From Methanothermococcus sp. Ax23 (GTDB lineage Archaea; AGJL01; Methanococci; Methanococcales; Methanococcaceae), in contig NZ_CP157522.1 in NCBI RefSeq assembly GCF_049075655.1, positions 512,001-576,000 on the forward strand: 64,000 nt of DNA. Direction: 5' to 3'. The notes beneath the pieces were generated by a model. The model was not told the origin of the DNA and searched no databases. It saw only the letters and a program-made list of their open reading frames with translations. The position numbers and the translations under genes were made by a program. This document shows, piece by piece, positions 52,243 to 62,201 of this stretch. Each line of letters begins with the position of its first letter. Within the stretch, counting starts at the first letter, position 1.

Positions 52243-53460
52243 TTCTTTTATTCTTACTGCCAATCTCTTACCCATGTTGTAACATTTTTCCAATTCATCC
52301 TCTGTTGGAACATAGTACAATTCGTATTCATCCAATACATTGAATCCGCATGCTTCCAATTCTTTTGCAATCTTTTCAACTGCTCCTCCTTCTCCACCCA
52401 TTGAACCGAATGCAAGAGCAAGTCTTTTCAATCCTGTTCTGTTGAATTTTAAACCTTTTAAGTAGTATATCAAGTCTCCAATTGATGGGAATGGCTCATC
52501 ATATATTGTAGGTATTCCAAAGAGAACAGCTTTACTGTCAAGAATATCCTTAACAATTTCACTTCTTTCATCATGGTGGAGGAAATACATTGCAACATCT
52601 ACACCTTCGCTCATGAGACCTTCTGCAAATGCATGTGCCATTTTCTGTGTTGAGTAGTGCATTGTGTCATAAACGATTGTAGCTTTGTTTTTACATTTTC
52701 CTGTTGCAAAGTTCTGGTATGCTCCAATTACTTTCATTGGGTCTGTCCAAATTTGCCCGTGTGATGGTGCAATCATTTTTATTTTTTCCAATAATCCGAG
52801 CTCGATAACTTCATTGAATTTCTTCAATACAAGTTTTGATAATGGTGTAATTAAGTTTGCATAGAACTTCTGGTTTGCATCCATCAATATATTTTCTGGA
52901 ATTTCGTAGTCGTATCTCTGTGGGAAGCACAAGTGCTGACCAAATGCGTCGTTTGAGAATAAGATTCCTTCTTCTGCATAGAATGTGAACATACTGTCTG
53001 GCCAGTGCAATAATGGTGCTTCAAGGAATACCAATGTTTTCCCACCAATGTCTAATTTCTCCAATGATTTAACAACTTTAAACGGAGCTCCTTTCAAGGA
53101 TGGGAAGTGTTTTACTAATCCTTCAACTGCTACCTCAGTACAGTATATAGGAGCTTCTGGGAATTTTTTGTGGATTTCAGGTAGAGCTCCTGAGTGGTCT
53201 TTCTCAACGTGGTTTTGGACGATTATGTCTATTTTAAACTCTCTCCCTTCTTTTTCACATGCATCTTTTATTCTACCCCACATTTGAGCGGATGTTCCTG
53301 GGTATGTGTTGTCTATCAATACAGTTTTATCCTCCCCAAATATCAAGTATGCGTTGTATGTTGTTCCCTTTAATGTATATCCATGGTACATTCTAATGTC
53401 CCAGTCCATTACTCCTACCCAATATACTCCATCTGCTATTTTAAAAGCATCTGCTTTCAT
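52234..53460 (-). CDS. fprA: flavodiiron protein (F420H2 oxidase type)
   Basis: [38 protein letters not shown]. Confidence 0.95.
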   Translation of the reverse strand: MKADAFKIADGVYWVGVMDWDIRMYHGYTLKGTTYNAYLIFGEDKTVLIDNTYPGTSAQMWGRIKDACEKEGREFKIDIIVQNHVEKDHSGALPEIHKKFPEAPIYCTEVAVEGLVKHFPSLKGAPFKVVKSLEKLDIGGKTLVFLEAPLLHWPDSMFTFYAEEGILFSNDAFGQHLCFPQRYDYEIPENILMDANQKFYANLITPLSKLVLKKFNEVIELGLLEKIKMIAPSHGQIWTDPMKVIGAYQNFATGKCKNKATIVYDTMHYSTQKMAHAFAEGLMSEGVDVAMYFLHHDERSEIVKDILDSKAVLFGIPTIYDEPFPSIGDLIYYLKGLKFNRTGLKRLALAFGSMGGEGGAVEKIAKELEACGFNVLDEYELYYVPTEDELEKCYNMGKRLAVRIKEME

Positions 53461-53565
53461 TCTATCACCCTTTTGATTTACAAATATATTGTTTTTTTGA
53501 TGGTATATATATTTATCCATATTACGATATAATATAGTGCATTATTGAATATATTAATTTAACCG

Positions 53566-53608
53566 TGCGTATTTCGCCTAATTATCTGTATAGTATACGA
53601 ATTTCGAA
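53566..53608. promoter_or_regulatory. paired Ptr2-like sites upstream of fprA
   Basis: TGCGTATTTCGCC and TACGAATTTCGAA, centres 30 bp apart. Confidence 0.55.
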
Positions 53609-53718
53609 CAATCCCATATAATAATATAATTATTAAAAATAACTTTATTAAGTAAAATAAAAAATAAAAATAGTAAATTAACACTGCAATATGTTGCAGG
53701 ATTATATCTATAACCAAT

Positions 53719-54411
53719 TTAAGGTTTGAAATCAATGCCCTCTTTTCTACAAACACTTTTGCACTCAAAACATCGAACGCACTCCTTTTGGTTAATATTT
53801 TTAGTTAGCTTTATCTGCATTGGGCATTTTCTTTCGCACAACTTACATTTTACACAGTTATCATTTAGTTTTAATTTAAACAGAGATTTTATTGAAAGTA
53901 TCGATAATAATGCCCCAACGGGACAGAAGTATTTACAAAAAGCCCTAGGGATAAAAAATGAAACTATTGCAAATGCCACCAATACTGCCAATGAAATCAT
54001 ATTTCCAGATATTCCCTCCATTTCTGGCAAATAAACATTATATGGACTTAATCGAATATATGCAAGTATTACAAATAAAAATAATACGATATATTTTAAA
54101 TATATCAATTTATTGTGAATATTCTCTGGGAGCTCCGGAAGTTTTTTTAACTTAAACCATTTAACCCTCAGCATATAGCTGAGCTCGAATAGAAATCCCC
54201 ACGGGCACCACCAGCTACAAAATACCCTTCCAAAAATCAGTGTTAAGACAAGCACTACTATGGATATAACCATATAATTTTTTCCAATAGTTCCCGTAGT
54301 AATGAATGTATTTGCAATTCCTATAAATATTAAAAAGAAACTGCCTGATAGGATGAATTTTATAAAAAACGCTGTTTGAGATATTTTTCTTAATATTTGG
54401 AGCTTATCCAT
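53719..54411 (-). CDS. NapH/MauN-like membrane polyferredoxin
   Basis: GRVFCSWWCP.G, FCKYFCP.G, two C-terminal 4Fe-4S motifs. Confidence 0.88.
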   Translation of the reverse strand: MDKLQILRKISQTAFFIKFILSGSFFLIFIGIANTFITTGTIGKNYMVISIVVLVLTLIFGRVFCSWWCPWGFLFELSYMLRVKWFKLKKLPELPENIHNKLIYLKYIVLFLFVILAYIRLSPYNVYLPEMEGISGNMISLAVLVAFAIVSFFIPRAFCKYFCPVGALLSILSIKSLFKLKLNDNCVKCKLCERKCPMQIKLTKNINQKECVRCFECKSVCRKEGIDFKP

Positions 54412-54466
54412 GGTTTCACCAAAAATATATTTAAAATGTTAAAGGAATTTATTATAAAAAAATTTA

Positions 54467-55264
54467 TTATAGGGAGCTCTGCCCAAAAATTCCACATCTT
54501 CCGCAAAACTTATTTTTGCATTTATACGGCAAAAGTGCTTTTTTTACGGCATCTAATGCAATATAACCTGCTTCGTGAAGCATGGTGTCTTCCAGTTCCT
54601 TATCATATTCCATACTTCCCAAACATGGATAGTTGTGGTGAGCATTTGCTATCTCGTCCTTTAATTCGTTTATGATTTTTCCCTTAATCCTTTTGGATAT
54701 ATAGTGGGTTTCACCACATGGTGCCGATATAATCACCTTAACATCGTCTATTTTATGCCCATCTGATGATTTAATTTCAACCTGTGGAAATCCTATTTTA
54801 AAGTAATTTATAAACTCATTTAAGACCTTTCTCTTATGCCTCTTTTTTAAAGCACAGAATGGCTTTGGATTTTCAAAGTCCATTCCATTTTTTTCGCACA
54901 TTTCCTTTAAGCTGTTCCTCATGGCAATTGATAAATCAGATGGTGTTTCTGATGGCACTATTAATAACTTATAGTTTTTTTCTGCCAAAATGTTTGGGAG
55001 CTCATACAGTAAATCTTCATGAAGTTGAGCAATCGCCACATCACCCTCCGGGAGCTCAGGTATGTAATCGGAAGCATCCTCTATAAATTCATCCTCATCA
55101 ACGGCGTCCAAAACTACCGCCTTTACATCATCTTTATAAGTCCAATCCCCTCGACAGTTATAACAATCTTCACAGATTCTACAAAAATCTGGCTCATTCA
55201 GTAGGTTTTTATAAAATTTCTCCATTCTCTGGTTTCCTTTATGATATATAAATGTAGCTTTCAT
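54467..55264 (-). CDS. DUF166-like protein
   Basis: PKPFC.L, SAPCG.T, HHNYPC.GSM. Confidence 0.75.
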   Translation of the reverse strand: MKATFIYHKGNQRMEKFYKNLLNEPDFCRICEDCYNCRGDWTYKDDVKAVVLDAVDEDEFIEDASDYIPELPEGDVAIAQLHEDLLYELPNILAEKNYKLLIVPSETPSDLSIAMRNSLKEMCEKNGMDFENPKPFCALKKRHKRKVLNEFINYFKIGFPQVEIKSSDGHKIDDVKVIISAPCGETHYISKRIKGKIINELKDEIANAHHNYPCLGSMEYDKELEDTMLHEAGYIALDAVKKALLPYKCKNKFCGRCGIFGQSSL

Positions 55265-55277
55265 AATATCACCTAAT

Positions 55278-55320
55278 AGTGAGTGAGCTACAAAATCCGT
55301 AGGATTTAGCTCAAATCACT
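55278..55320. repeat. hairpin module in 5' leader
   Basis: agtga-gtgagcta-ca-aaatcc-gta-ggattt-agctca-aa-tcact. Confidence 0.75.
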
Positions 55321-55458
55321 TTAAAAAAGTTTATTTCTATATATTTTAATTGGTATTCAATACATAAAAACATTTTTGACTATTGCTTTAAAAAATAGGA
55401 CATAATTTTTATTAAAAAATTTATAATTTTTATTATTTTTATTTTCATTAAATTTTTA

Positions 55459-55896
55459 TTATTTTAAACTATTGGCGAGCTCATTTACCTTGCTCTCAAT
55501 CTCATCTCTTACCTTCCTATAAAATTCAATGTCTTTATCTGCTGGGTCTTCAATATTCCAGGCAATGTGTTTTTTAGCTGGAATCGGAGTGAGCGAAGCG
55601 AACGGAGAGCTACAAAAATCACTTTGTGATTTTTGTTCAACAAAAGGGCAGGCTCCTAAACATCCCATAGTAACTACAATATCGAAGTTCCCCACTTCTT
55701 TAACCACTTCATCTATTGTCTGCGGTTTTTCTTTAATTTTTAAGTTTTTCTCACTCATCACTTTAAAAACCATCTCATCAATATTTTCAGTTTTTTCCAC
55801 TCCTGCACTGTATGCATCAAGTCCGAATTTTCTTCCAAATGCCTCAGCCATGACGCTTCTTCTTTTGTTGTGTATGCAAACAAATAAAATTTTCAT
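55459..55896 (-). CDS. arsC: LMW-PTP/ArsC-family arsenate reductase with in-frame repeat insertion
   Basis: LFVCIHN..RS.MAEA, TMGC..ACP, W.IEDP. Confidence 0.85.
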   Translation of the reverse strand: MKILFVCIHNKRRSVMAEAFGRKFGLDAYSAGVEKTENIDEMVFKVMSEKNLKIKEKPQTIDEVVKEVGNFDIVVTMGCLGACPFVEQKSQSDFCSSPFASLTPIPAKKHIAWNIEDPADKDIEFYRKVRDEIESKVNELANSLK

Positions 55897-55918
55897 ATTA
55901 TCACAAACTTCTTATTTA

Positions 55919-56509
55919 TTATTTAACTGGCTCTATTTTAAAATAGCAGGCGTCTGCCCCCTGTGCCATGCACCTTATTTCATCCACCACCACAGTTTTA
56001 TTTAGTATGCATTCGTAGGCACCAGCAAGGACTCCTGCATCAAAATAACATATGGGTTCATTGGATTCCAAACCATCGCACAATGCACAGTCATTTACTT
56101 TTATAATAATAGGATTTTTACTTTCAATTTTCAATACTCCCAAGTTATTTTTTCTGAAAAATTTTTTCAATTCCATATAATTTTTTGGATTAATATGCCG
56201 TCCAAACTCATATCCAATATCGTATAATGTAATCTCAGAGTTTAACTCTTTAATTTTTTTCATCATAATCATAATCATAAGTCGGAATATTTCCAATGGA
56301 ACATATTCTTTAATATTTCTATTTGTATATTTGCTTTCAATAAATGTGTATTTTTCTTTGTCGTATCCCTTTTTTAAATGCTCAACAGATTCCTTTATGA
56401 GCTCATCATCATTTGAAAGATAAATACCTCCCTTTGTCGCGTCATCATCATTCTTCCCCAATATTGTAAGGAAGTCCTCCATATTTTTTGTTTTTAACTC
56501 CATTTTCAT
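55919..56509 (-). CDS. V4R-domain protein
   Basis: DC..C, ICYFDAG..AG, EIRC..QG...CYF. Confidence 0.85.
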   Translation of the reverse strand: MKMELKTKNMEDFLTILGKNDDDATKGGIYLSNDDELIKESVEHLKKGYDKEKYTFIESKYTNRNIKEYVPLEIFRLMIMIMMKKIKELNSEITLYDIGYEFGRHINPKNYMELKKFFRKNNLGVLKIESKNPIIIKVNDCALCDGLESNEPICYFDAGVLAGAYECILNKTVVVDEIRCMAQGADACYFKIEPVK

Positions 56510-56660
56510 GTTATCTCTTCAAATACTTTTTTATATATTTATATTTATTACATATAACTTACATATAATGATAATGGTGCGAATAACGGTAAAATACACT
56601 AAAAAAGAGACGAAAAACGGAAGAATGAAGAGTTAATGAATTAAAAGAAAATAATATTAT

Positions 56661-57416
56661 TTATAATCTGTAAAATTCCTTTGCATTTTTATAGGTGGAG
56701 CTCACTATTTTATCATCTTCAACTCCAATTTTTTTCATGCATAATTTTGTTCTAGGCAAGGCATAAACGTCTGCCTTTAAACTTCCCAAATCACTGCTTA
56801 GGATGAATTTTTTATTATAATTTTTTATTATTTCTGATGCTTCCATAGGGCTTATTTTCATAGGTTGTTGCACTGTTAAACCAATATAAACATCCCTATC
56901 TATTAAATCCACAGTATCCTTATTGATGTGGTCAATCATTACCAAATTATCCTTTATTTTCACTTCATCCAAAATTTTTAAAATTTCGAGTAATGCCTCT
57001 TTCTTATTCTTTTCAGGAGTATGGACGATTATGGGCATGTTGTAATCCTTTGCTAAATACAACTGCTCTTTTAAAAGTTTCTTCTCATCATCGGTTAAAT
57101 AATGTAATCCAGTTTCCCCAATAGCTACAACATTTTCATTGTCTAAAAACTCTGGAAGTTTTTTTATAAGGAGCTCCCAATTTTTAGGGTATCCCATAGG
57201 GTGAGCTCCCACTGCAACCTTAACATCAACTCCTACCATTTTCCCTCTTTTAGTCTCTAAGTTAATCAACCTATCCCAATGGTCTAAACAAACTTCTGGA
57301 ACGCTCATTTTATATGGGTCATGGGCACATGTGATTATTGTTTCAATTCCACATAATGCCATTTTCTCCAAATCTTCAAAACTTCTTACATCCAAATGAG
57401 TATGGGCATCTATCAT
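56661..57416 (-). CDS. TatD-family metallohydrolase
   Basis: IDAHTH, AIGETGL, VHTP, DH, SSD. Confidence 0.88.
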   Translation of the reverse strand: MIDAHTHLDVRSFEDLEKMALCGIETIITCAHDPYKMSVPEVCLDHWDRLINLETKRGKMVGVDVKVAVGAHPMGYPKNWELLIKKLPEFLDNENVVAIGETGLHYLTDDEKKLLKEQLYLAKDYNMPIIVHTPEKNKKEALLEILKILDEVKIKDNLVMIDHINKDTVDLIDRDVYIGLTVQQPMKISPMEASEIIKNYNKKFILSSDLGSLKADVYALPRTKLCMKKIGVEDDKIVSSTYKNAKEFYRL

Positions 57417-57537
57417 AAAACCACCTTAAATAATTTAAATATGATTAAATATGATTTTTTAAAATAAAAACTTAATGAATATAATTTAATAATTAATAAA
57501 ATTTATAAAAAACATATAAAAAACTAAAAAAAATAAA

Positions 57538-57885
57538 TTATTTTGTTAAATAATAGTAAAATTTCTCATCATCTGCAAGGCAGTGGATTGTTGCCTGCCT
57601 AATTCCAAAGTTTGTTCCTACCTTTTTTACAAACATCTTTTCTATATCGATAGTTTCTTTTAAAATTTCTACAATATCCCCCTCGGTGTTTATGTTTATT
57701 GTTGGTTTCTCATTGTAGTATATTATATATTTTTCATACAAGAGCTCCGCACCCTCCATCTGAACCTTTGAAAAATCATTTAATAGTTCATTGTTATATT
57801 GCTCGATTGAGCATAATTTGGCAATTATTGATAGTTTCATTTTATTCGATATTATTTTTACCACATTTTCTTTTAAATGTTCCAT
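57538..57885 (-). CDS. hypothetical protein, last gene of sulfur-relay operon
   Basis: GGTGA RBS overlapping the upstream stop codon. Confidence 0.65.
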   Translation of the reverse strand: MEHLKENVVKIISNKMKLSIIAKLCSIEQYNNELLNDFSKVQMEGAELLYEKYIIYYNEKPTININTEGDIVEILKETIDIEKMFVKKVGTNFGIRQATIHCLADDEKFYYYLTK

Positions 57886-57893
57886 TATTTCAC

Positions 57894-58256
57894 CTAAAAA
57901 GTAATCACATCTTCATATTCGTTTAAAATATCTTTTAATTTTTTGTAGCTCACTAACTCAACACCATCCAATATGTCGTCAGCATTTAATTCCCTATCCT
58001 TTAAACACTCCTCGATGCAGTATATTTTGCATCCAAAAGCACTTAAATTATTTATTACATCCACAATTGAAGGCATTCTCAATTCCTCTGGTTTTTGCCC
58101 AGATTTAGCATTATAAACCCCGTCATGAATTAAAATGACATCAGATTTTTCAATAATTCCACTGGCAATTTGGGACAGTGCAAACATCATGCCGGCGAAG
58201 GAATCTTCACTTCCATAAGGTGGCTTTAATATTATCGTAATAAGTGATTTAACCAT
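57894..58256 (-). CDS. DsrE/F-family protein
   Basis: KPPYGSE, DGVY, CLKDR. Confidence 0.85.
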   Translation of the reverse strand: MVKSLITIILKPPYGSEDSFAGMMFALSQIASGIIEKSDVILIHDGVYNAKSGQKPEELRMPSIVDVINNLSAFGCKIYCIEECLKDRELNADDILDGVELVSYKKLKDILNEYEDVITF

Positions 58257-58260
58257 TATT

Positions 58261-58617
58261 TCACCTTGTAAGCGTAATTACTCTATCACTATCTGCTATA
58301 TACTTTGAAAGGTCATTAGTTAAGCTTCCAATTTTACATCCTTCAATAACATCTTCTTCATAAATTCCTCTTGCATTTGCACATGTGCTACATGCCGCCA
58401 CATTCATGCCTTTGTCCATTAAATCTTTAATCATGTTTCCAAGGTTTGGGAATCTCTTTGGAGCTTGTTCATCTATTATTGCAGTGATTCCCTCACCATA
58501 GAAAAACATATTTACCTTATGTCCTTTCTTTAATGCGGATTCTGCCAGTTTTACGGCAAAATTACCATCCATATTCATCATGGCACCAGATTTTAAAATA
58601 ATAGTTAAAGTTTTCAT
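58261..58617 (-). CDS. DsrE/TusD-family sulfur carrier
   Basis: FFYGEG, ACSTCANARG. Confidence 0.88.
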   Translation of the reverse strand: MKTLTIILKSGAMMNMDGNFAVKLAESALKKGHKVNMFFYGEGITAIIDEQAPKRFPNLGNMIKDLMDKGMNVAACSTCANARGIYEEDVIEGCKIGSLTNDLSKYIADSDRVITLTR

Positions 58618-58626
58618 AAACCCACC

Positions 58627-58914
58627 TTAAAGAGTAATCACTTGGTTGTATTTTTCCATAATCAAATCCACCGCTGTATCATAGTCAATAAGTTTTGTTT
58701 CTTCGATATTTTCAAACCCTCTTGCATGTGCGTCATCCTGCATTGCATATATTTTATAACCGAGCTCCCTAAGTTTGTTCCTCATGCTTGAAGTTGTGGC
58801 ATAATATATCCCATCTTCTGCAAGAAGAACTCCGTCGTTGCCATCTTTTAATTTTTCCATTACTTCAATGGCATTACACTCAAAAGGAGATTTTAAAAGA
58901 ATAAATAGCGTCAT
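58627..58914 (-). CDS. DsrH/TusB-family protein
   Basis: KSPF, LLAEDG.Y, DD..ARG, IDY...VDL. Confidence 0.88.
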   Translation of the reverse strand: MTLFILLKSPFECNAIEVMEKLKDGNDGVLLAEDGIYYATTSSMRNKLRELGYKIYAMQDDAHARGFENIEETKLIDYDTAVDLIMEKYNQVITL

Positions 58915-58918
58915 TAAA

Positions 58919-59335
58919 TCACCCTATGAAAAGCTGAACTTTTGCATCCATTGCAAGGTCTATAAATTTTGTAGCCCCGACTATTTCCACTCCATCAATT
59001 AAATCCTCTTCTTTTACTCCCATTATACTCATGGATGTGCTACATGCGTAAAGCTTAGCACCTAAATCAATAGCCTGCTGTCGAGATTCCTCAAATCCAC
59101 CAATATTCTGCTTTTTCATTTTCTTTTCCATCATCTTTACTCCCAAACTTCCAAATAATCTATATATTCCCGGAAGTTTAGGCTTAGCATTCTTCTTTAA
59201 TATTTCAAGTCCAAAAAATGTAAAGAATATATGCACCTCCATCCCCATGGACGCACCTATGGTTCCAAGAATAAATGCCATCATAGCTTTATCAAAAGTG
59301 CCTTCTGAAACCACAAGTGCCATCTTATCAGCCAT
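58919..59335 (-). CDS. DsrE2-family protein
   Basis: FFTFFGL, YACSTSM..MG, VGATKF. Confidence 0.88.
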   Translation of the reverse strand: MADKMALVVSEGTFDKAMMAFILGTIGASMGMEVHIFFTFFGLEILKKNAKPKLPGIYRLFGSLGVKMMEKKMKKQNIGGFEESRQQAIDLGAKLYACSTSMSIMGVKEEDLIDGVEIVGATKFIDLAMDAKVQLFIG

Positions 59336-59397
59336 AATATCACCAAATAATAGATAAAAAAATAAAATAAAAAATAATAGTAATAGACATTAAGACA

Positions 59398-59616
59398 TTA
59401 TTTTTTCTTAATTTTGAATGTCAAAACCCCATTTTCTTCGGTCATTTCAAGTAATTCATTTCCTGTTCTATTGCACCATGCTGGAACATCTTCTTTTGCT
59501 CCAACATCATCAGCTATGAGCTCTAAAATCTCCCCTTCTTTTAACTCCTTCATTTTCTTAGCGAGCTCTACAATAGGCATAGGGCATTGTAGTCCTCTCG
59601 CATCCAATGTAGCCAT
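59398..59616 (-). CDS. TusA/SirA sulfur carrier
   Basis: LDARGLQCPMP, D.PAWC. Confidence 0.92.
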   Translation of the reverse strand: MATLDARGLQCPMPIVELAKKMKELKEGEILELIADDVGAKEDVPAWCNRTGNELLEMTEENGVLTFKIKKK

Positions 59617-59652
59617 ATTTACACCTTTCAATATTTAATTAATTAAAGATAA

Positions 59653-59844
59653 TTAAAATTTAACCTTTACAGCCCCTGTTGGACATACATCTTCACAAAC
59701 TCCGCAACCTGTGCATTCATCTTCATGAGCTACAACAACTTTTTCTCCATCTACTTCAAAAACTTCCATAGGGCAGTTTTTTTCACATTCTCCACATTCT
59801 TTTGCTCCTTTACATATATCGTAGTTAATTGTTACGCTTGCCAT
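59653..59844 (-). CDS. ferredoxin
   Basis: C....ECGEC..NCP and CTGCGVCEDVCP. Confidence 0.9.
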   Translation of the reverse strand: MASVTINYDICKGAKECGECEKNCPMEVFEVDGEKVVVAHEDECTGCGVCEDVCPTGAVKVKF

Positions 59845-59921
59845 TTTAATCACCACCATATTTAAGTTATTATTATTTTATTTATTTACTTCATTTATTT
59901 TTTATTTTATTATATTTTAAG

Positions 59922-60275
59922 TTATTCGTTAATTTTAATCGGTTCTTCTGGACCGCCTATTTTTGAAGGATGTGGTGCTTTAATTACAAAGAATTCAAGA
60001 ACATCGCATGTTAAATTTTGAGCAATCATCTTTGTATTGAACGGCAAATGAATTATTGTTCCAGCAGGATATACTTTTGGCTCTTGGCCTTCCAAAGTTA
60101 ATGTCATCTCTCCCTTTACAACTATTAAATGAACCTTTGAGTTTGTAAAGTGCTTAGGTGTGCCTTCTCCTTTTGGAAATATCATATGAATAATTTGAAC
60201 TTCGTCGGTATTAACTATTTTTTCCACAACCTTTGAATCAGATTCAGTTGTAAAATTATATACTGTTTCTATCAT
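59922..60275 (-). CDS. cupin-domain protein
   Basis: PKH, VVKGEM, IHLP. Confidence 0.8.
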   Translation of the reverse strand: MIETVYNFTTESDSKVVEKIVNTDEVQIIHMIFPKGEGTPKHFTNSKVHLIVVKGEMTLTLEGQEPKVYPAGTIIHLPFNTKMIAQNLTCDVLEFFVIKAPHPSKIGGPEEPIKINE

Positions 60276-60352
60276 AATATCACCTTAAAAAAATAAAAGA
60301 TAGTTGGTAGTTAATTATTTACTAGCTAATTACTTATTTCTCATTTTCGCAA

Positions 60353-62074
60353 TTATTTGTTTATCAATCTTTCAATGTCTTCTTCCACTGTTGAGATTAC
60401 TCCTATTCCAAAGTTATCCACAAGAACCTTTGCAACATTTGGTGATAAGAATGCTGGCAATGTAGGTCCAAGAACTATGTTCTTTACACCTAAGTAAAGC
60501 AATGCAAGCAATACAGCAACAGCTTTCTGTTCATACCATGCTACATTGTATGCTATTGGCAAGTCGTTTATGTCTTCCAATTCGAATACTTCTTTTAATT
60601 TAAGAGCAATTACTGCCAGTGAATAACAGTCGTTGCACTGTCCAGCGTCTAATACTCTTGGTATTCCGCCAATGTCTCCTAAATCCAATTTAATGTATCT
60701 GTATTTTGCACATCCTGCTGTAAGGATTACTGTGTCTTTTGGCAATGCCTTAGCAAATTCTGTGTAATACTCCCTGCTTTTATGTCTTCCATCACATCCA
60801 GCCATTACAACGAATTTTCTTATAGCTCCTGACTTCACAGCTTCAACAACTTTATCAGCTAACGCCAATACTTGGTTGTGTGCAAAACCACCTACGATTT
60901 TACCTGTTTCAAGCTGTTTTGGTGGAGCACATTTTTTAGCATGCTCGATTACTTCTGAGAAGTCCTTATTTCCATTTTCATCTTCTGGGATTCTTTTAAG
61001 TCCTGGGAATGCAACGCATCCTGTTGTATATACTCTGTCCTTGTAGCTGTCTTTTGGTGGAACAAGACAGTTTGTTGTCATTACAATAGGTCCATTGAAT
61101 GCTTCAAATTCTGTTACCTGTGTTGCCCATGAACCTCCGTAGTTTCCTACGAAGTGGTCGTATTTTTTAAATGCTGGGTAGTAATGAGCTGGCAACATTT
61201 CGCTGTGTGTATATACATCTACACCAGTTCCTTTTGTTTGCTCTAAGAGCTGCTCTAAATCTTTCAAATCGTGCCCACTTATTAATATACCAGGATTGTT
61301 TCTAACCCCGATATCTACCTCAGTTATTTCAGGGTGCCCGTAGGTTTCAGTGTTTGCTTTATCCAATAAAGCCATTGTATCTACTGCATACTTACCAGTT
61401 TCAAGTGCAAGAGCTGTTAAGTCATCAGCTGATAAGCTGTCATCCATTGTAGCAACAAGTGCCTTTTTTATGAATTTATGGACATTTTCATCAGTGTATC
61501 CCAATACCATAGCATGATGCATGTATGCCCCTATACCTTTAATTCCATAGGTTATTAATTCCCTTAAAGACCTTACATCTTCATTTTCTGTTGCTTGGAT
61601 GGACACTTCTTTTGAGTTTGCCTTTGCAATTATATCGTCGTCATTTTCTGGCATCCATGTTGCATAATCAGGGAGCTCATCACAACATCCTGAACATGTG
61701 CATTCTGACTTTAATTTTTCTCTAAGTTCTAAACCTTTTTTAATTTTCTTTATTATGTCTTCATCGTCGAAATTCACATTTGTAACTGTTGTGAAAAGTG
61801 CATCTACAATATATTTATCTATTTCTTCGCTGGATTTTCCAGTTTTTTCACTTACATATGCCAAACCTTTTACTGTATATATTAAAAGGTCTTGAAGATT
61901 TGCCACATTGTCCTTTTTGCCACATACCCCCATTGTTGTGCATCCAGTGTTCCTTGCAGTTTCCTGGCACTGGTAGCAGAACATTTTTGTTGGTCTTGTA
62001 TTGTTTGATTCCATAGTTTTACCCTCCAATATTTTATCTACAATTGATTTTATTTTATTTTGTATATTATTCAT
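60353..62074 (-). CDS. hcp: hybrid cluster protein (hydroxylamine reductase)
   Basis: MFCYQCQET...GC...GVCGK, SGHDL, THSEMLP, GCDG, GQCND, WYEQK. Confidence 0.97.
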   Translation of the reverse strand: MNNIQNKIKSIVDKILEGKTMESNNTRPTKMFCYQCQETARNTGCTTMGVCGKKDNVANLQDLLIYTVKGLAYVSEKTGKSSEEIDKYIVDALFTTVTNVNFDDEDIIKKIKKGLELREKLKSECTCSGCCDELPDYATWMPENDDDIIAKANSKEVSIQATENEDVRSLRELITYGIKGIGAYMHHAMVLGYTDENVHKFIKKALVATMDDSLSADDLTALALETGKYAVDTMALLDKANTETYGHPEITEVDIGVRNNPGILISGHDLKDLEQLLEQTKGTGVDVYTHSEMLPAHYYPAFKKYDHFVGNYGGSWATQVTEFEAFNGPIVMTTNCLVPPKDSYKDRVYTTGCVAFPGLKRIPEDENGNKDFSEVIEHAKKCAPPKQLETGKIVGGFAHNQVLALADKVVEAVKSGAIRKFVVMAGCDGRHKSREYYTEFAKALPKDTVILTAGCAKYRYIKLDLGDIGGIPRVLDAGQCNDCYSLAVIALKLKEVFELEDINDLPIAYNVAWYEQKAVAVLLALLYLGVKNIVLGPTLPAFLSPNVAKVLVDNFGIGVISTVEEDIERLINK

Positions 62075-62201
62075 ATTTTCACCTATGCAGTTAATATTTA
62101 TTTCTTTTAATATATATAATCATTATTGTTAAAAAATCGTTAATTTTTAATATAATTATTATTATTTTTATTACTATTTTTATGATAAAGTATTATTATA
62201 T

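Noticed and set aside
56547-56568. TTACATATAA direct repeat upstream of the V4R gene
   Set aside because: AT-rich and only two copies; could be chance
58261-59335. TGA stops as possible selenocysteine codons
   Set aside because: They fall at the normal C-termini, overlap the next gene's GGTGA RBS, do not align with a Cys, and no SECIS was seen
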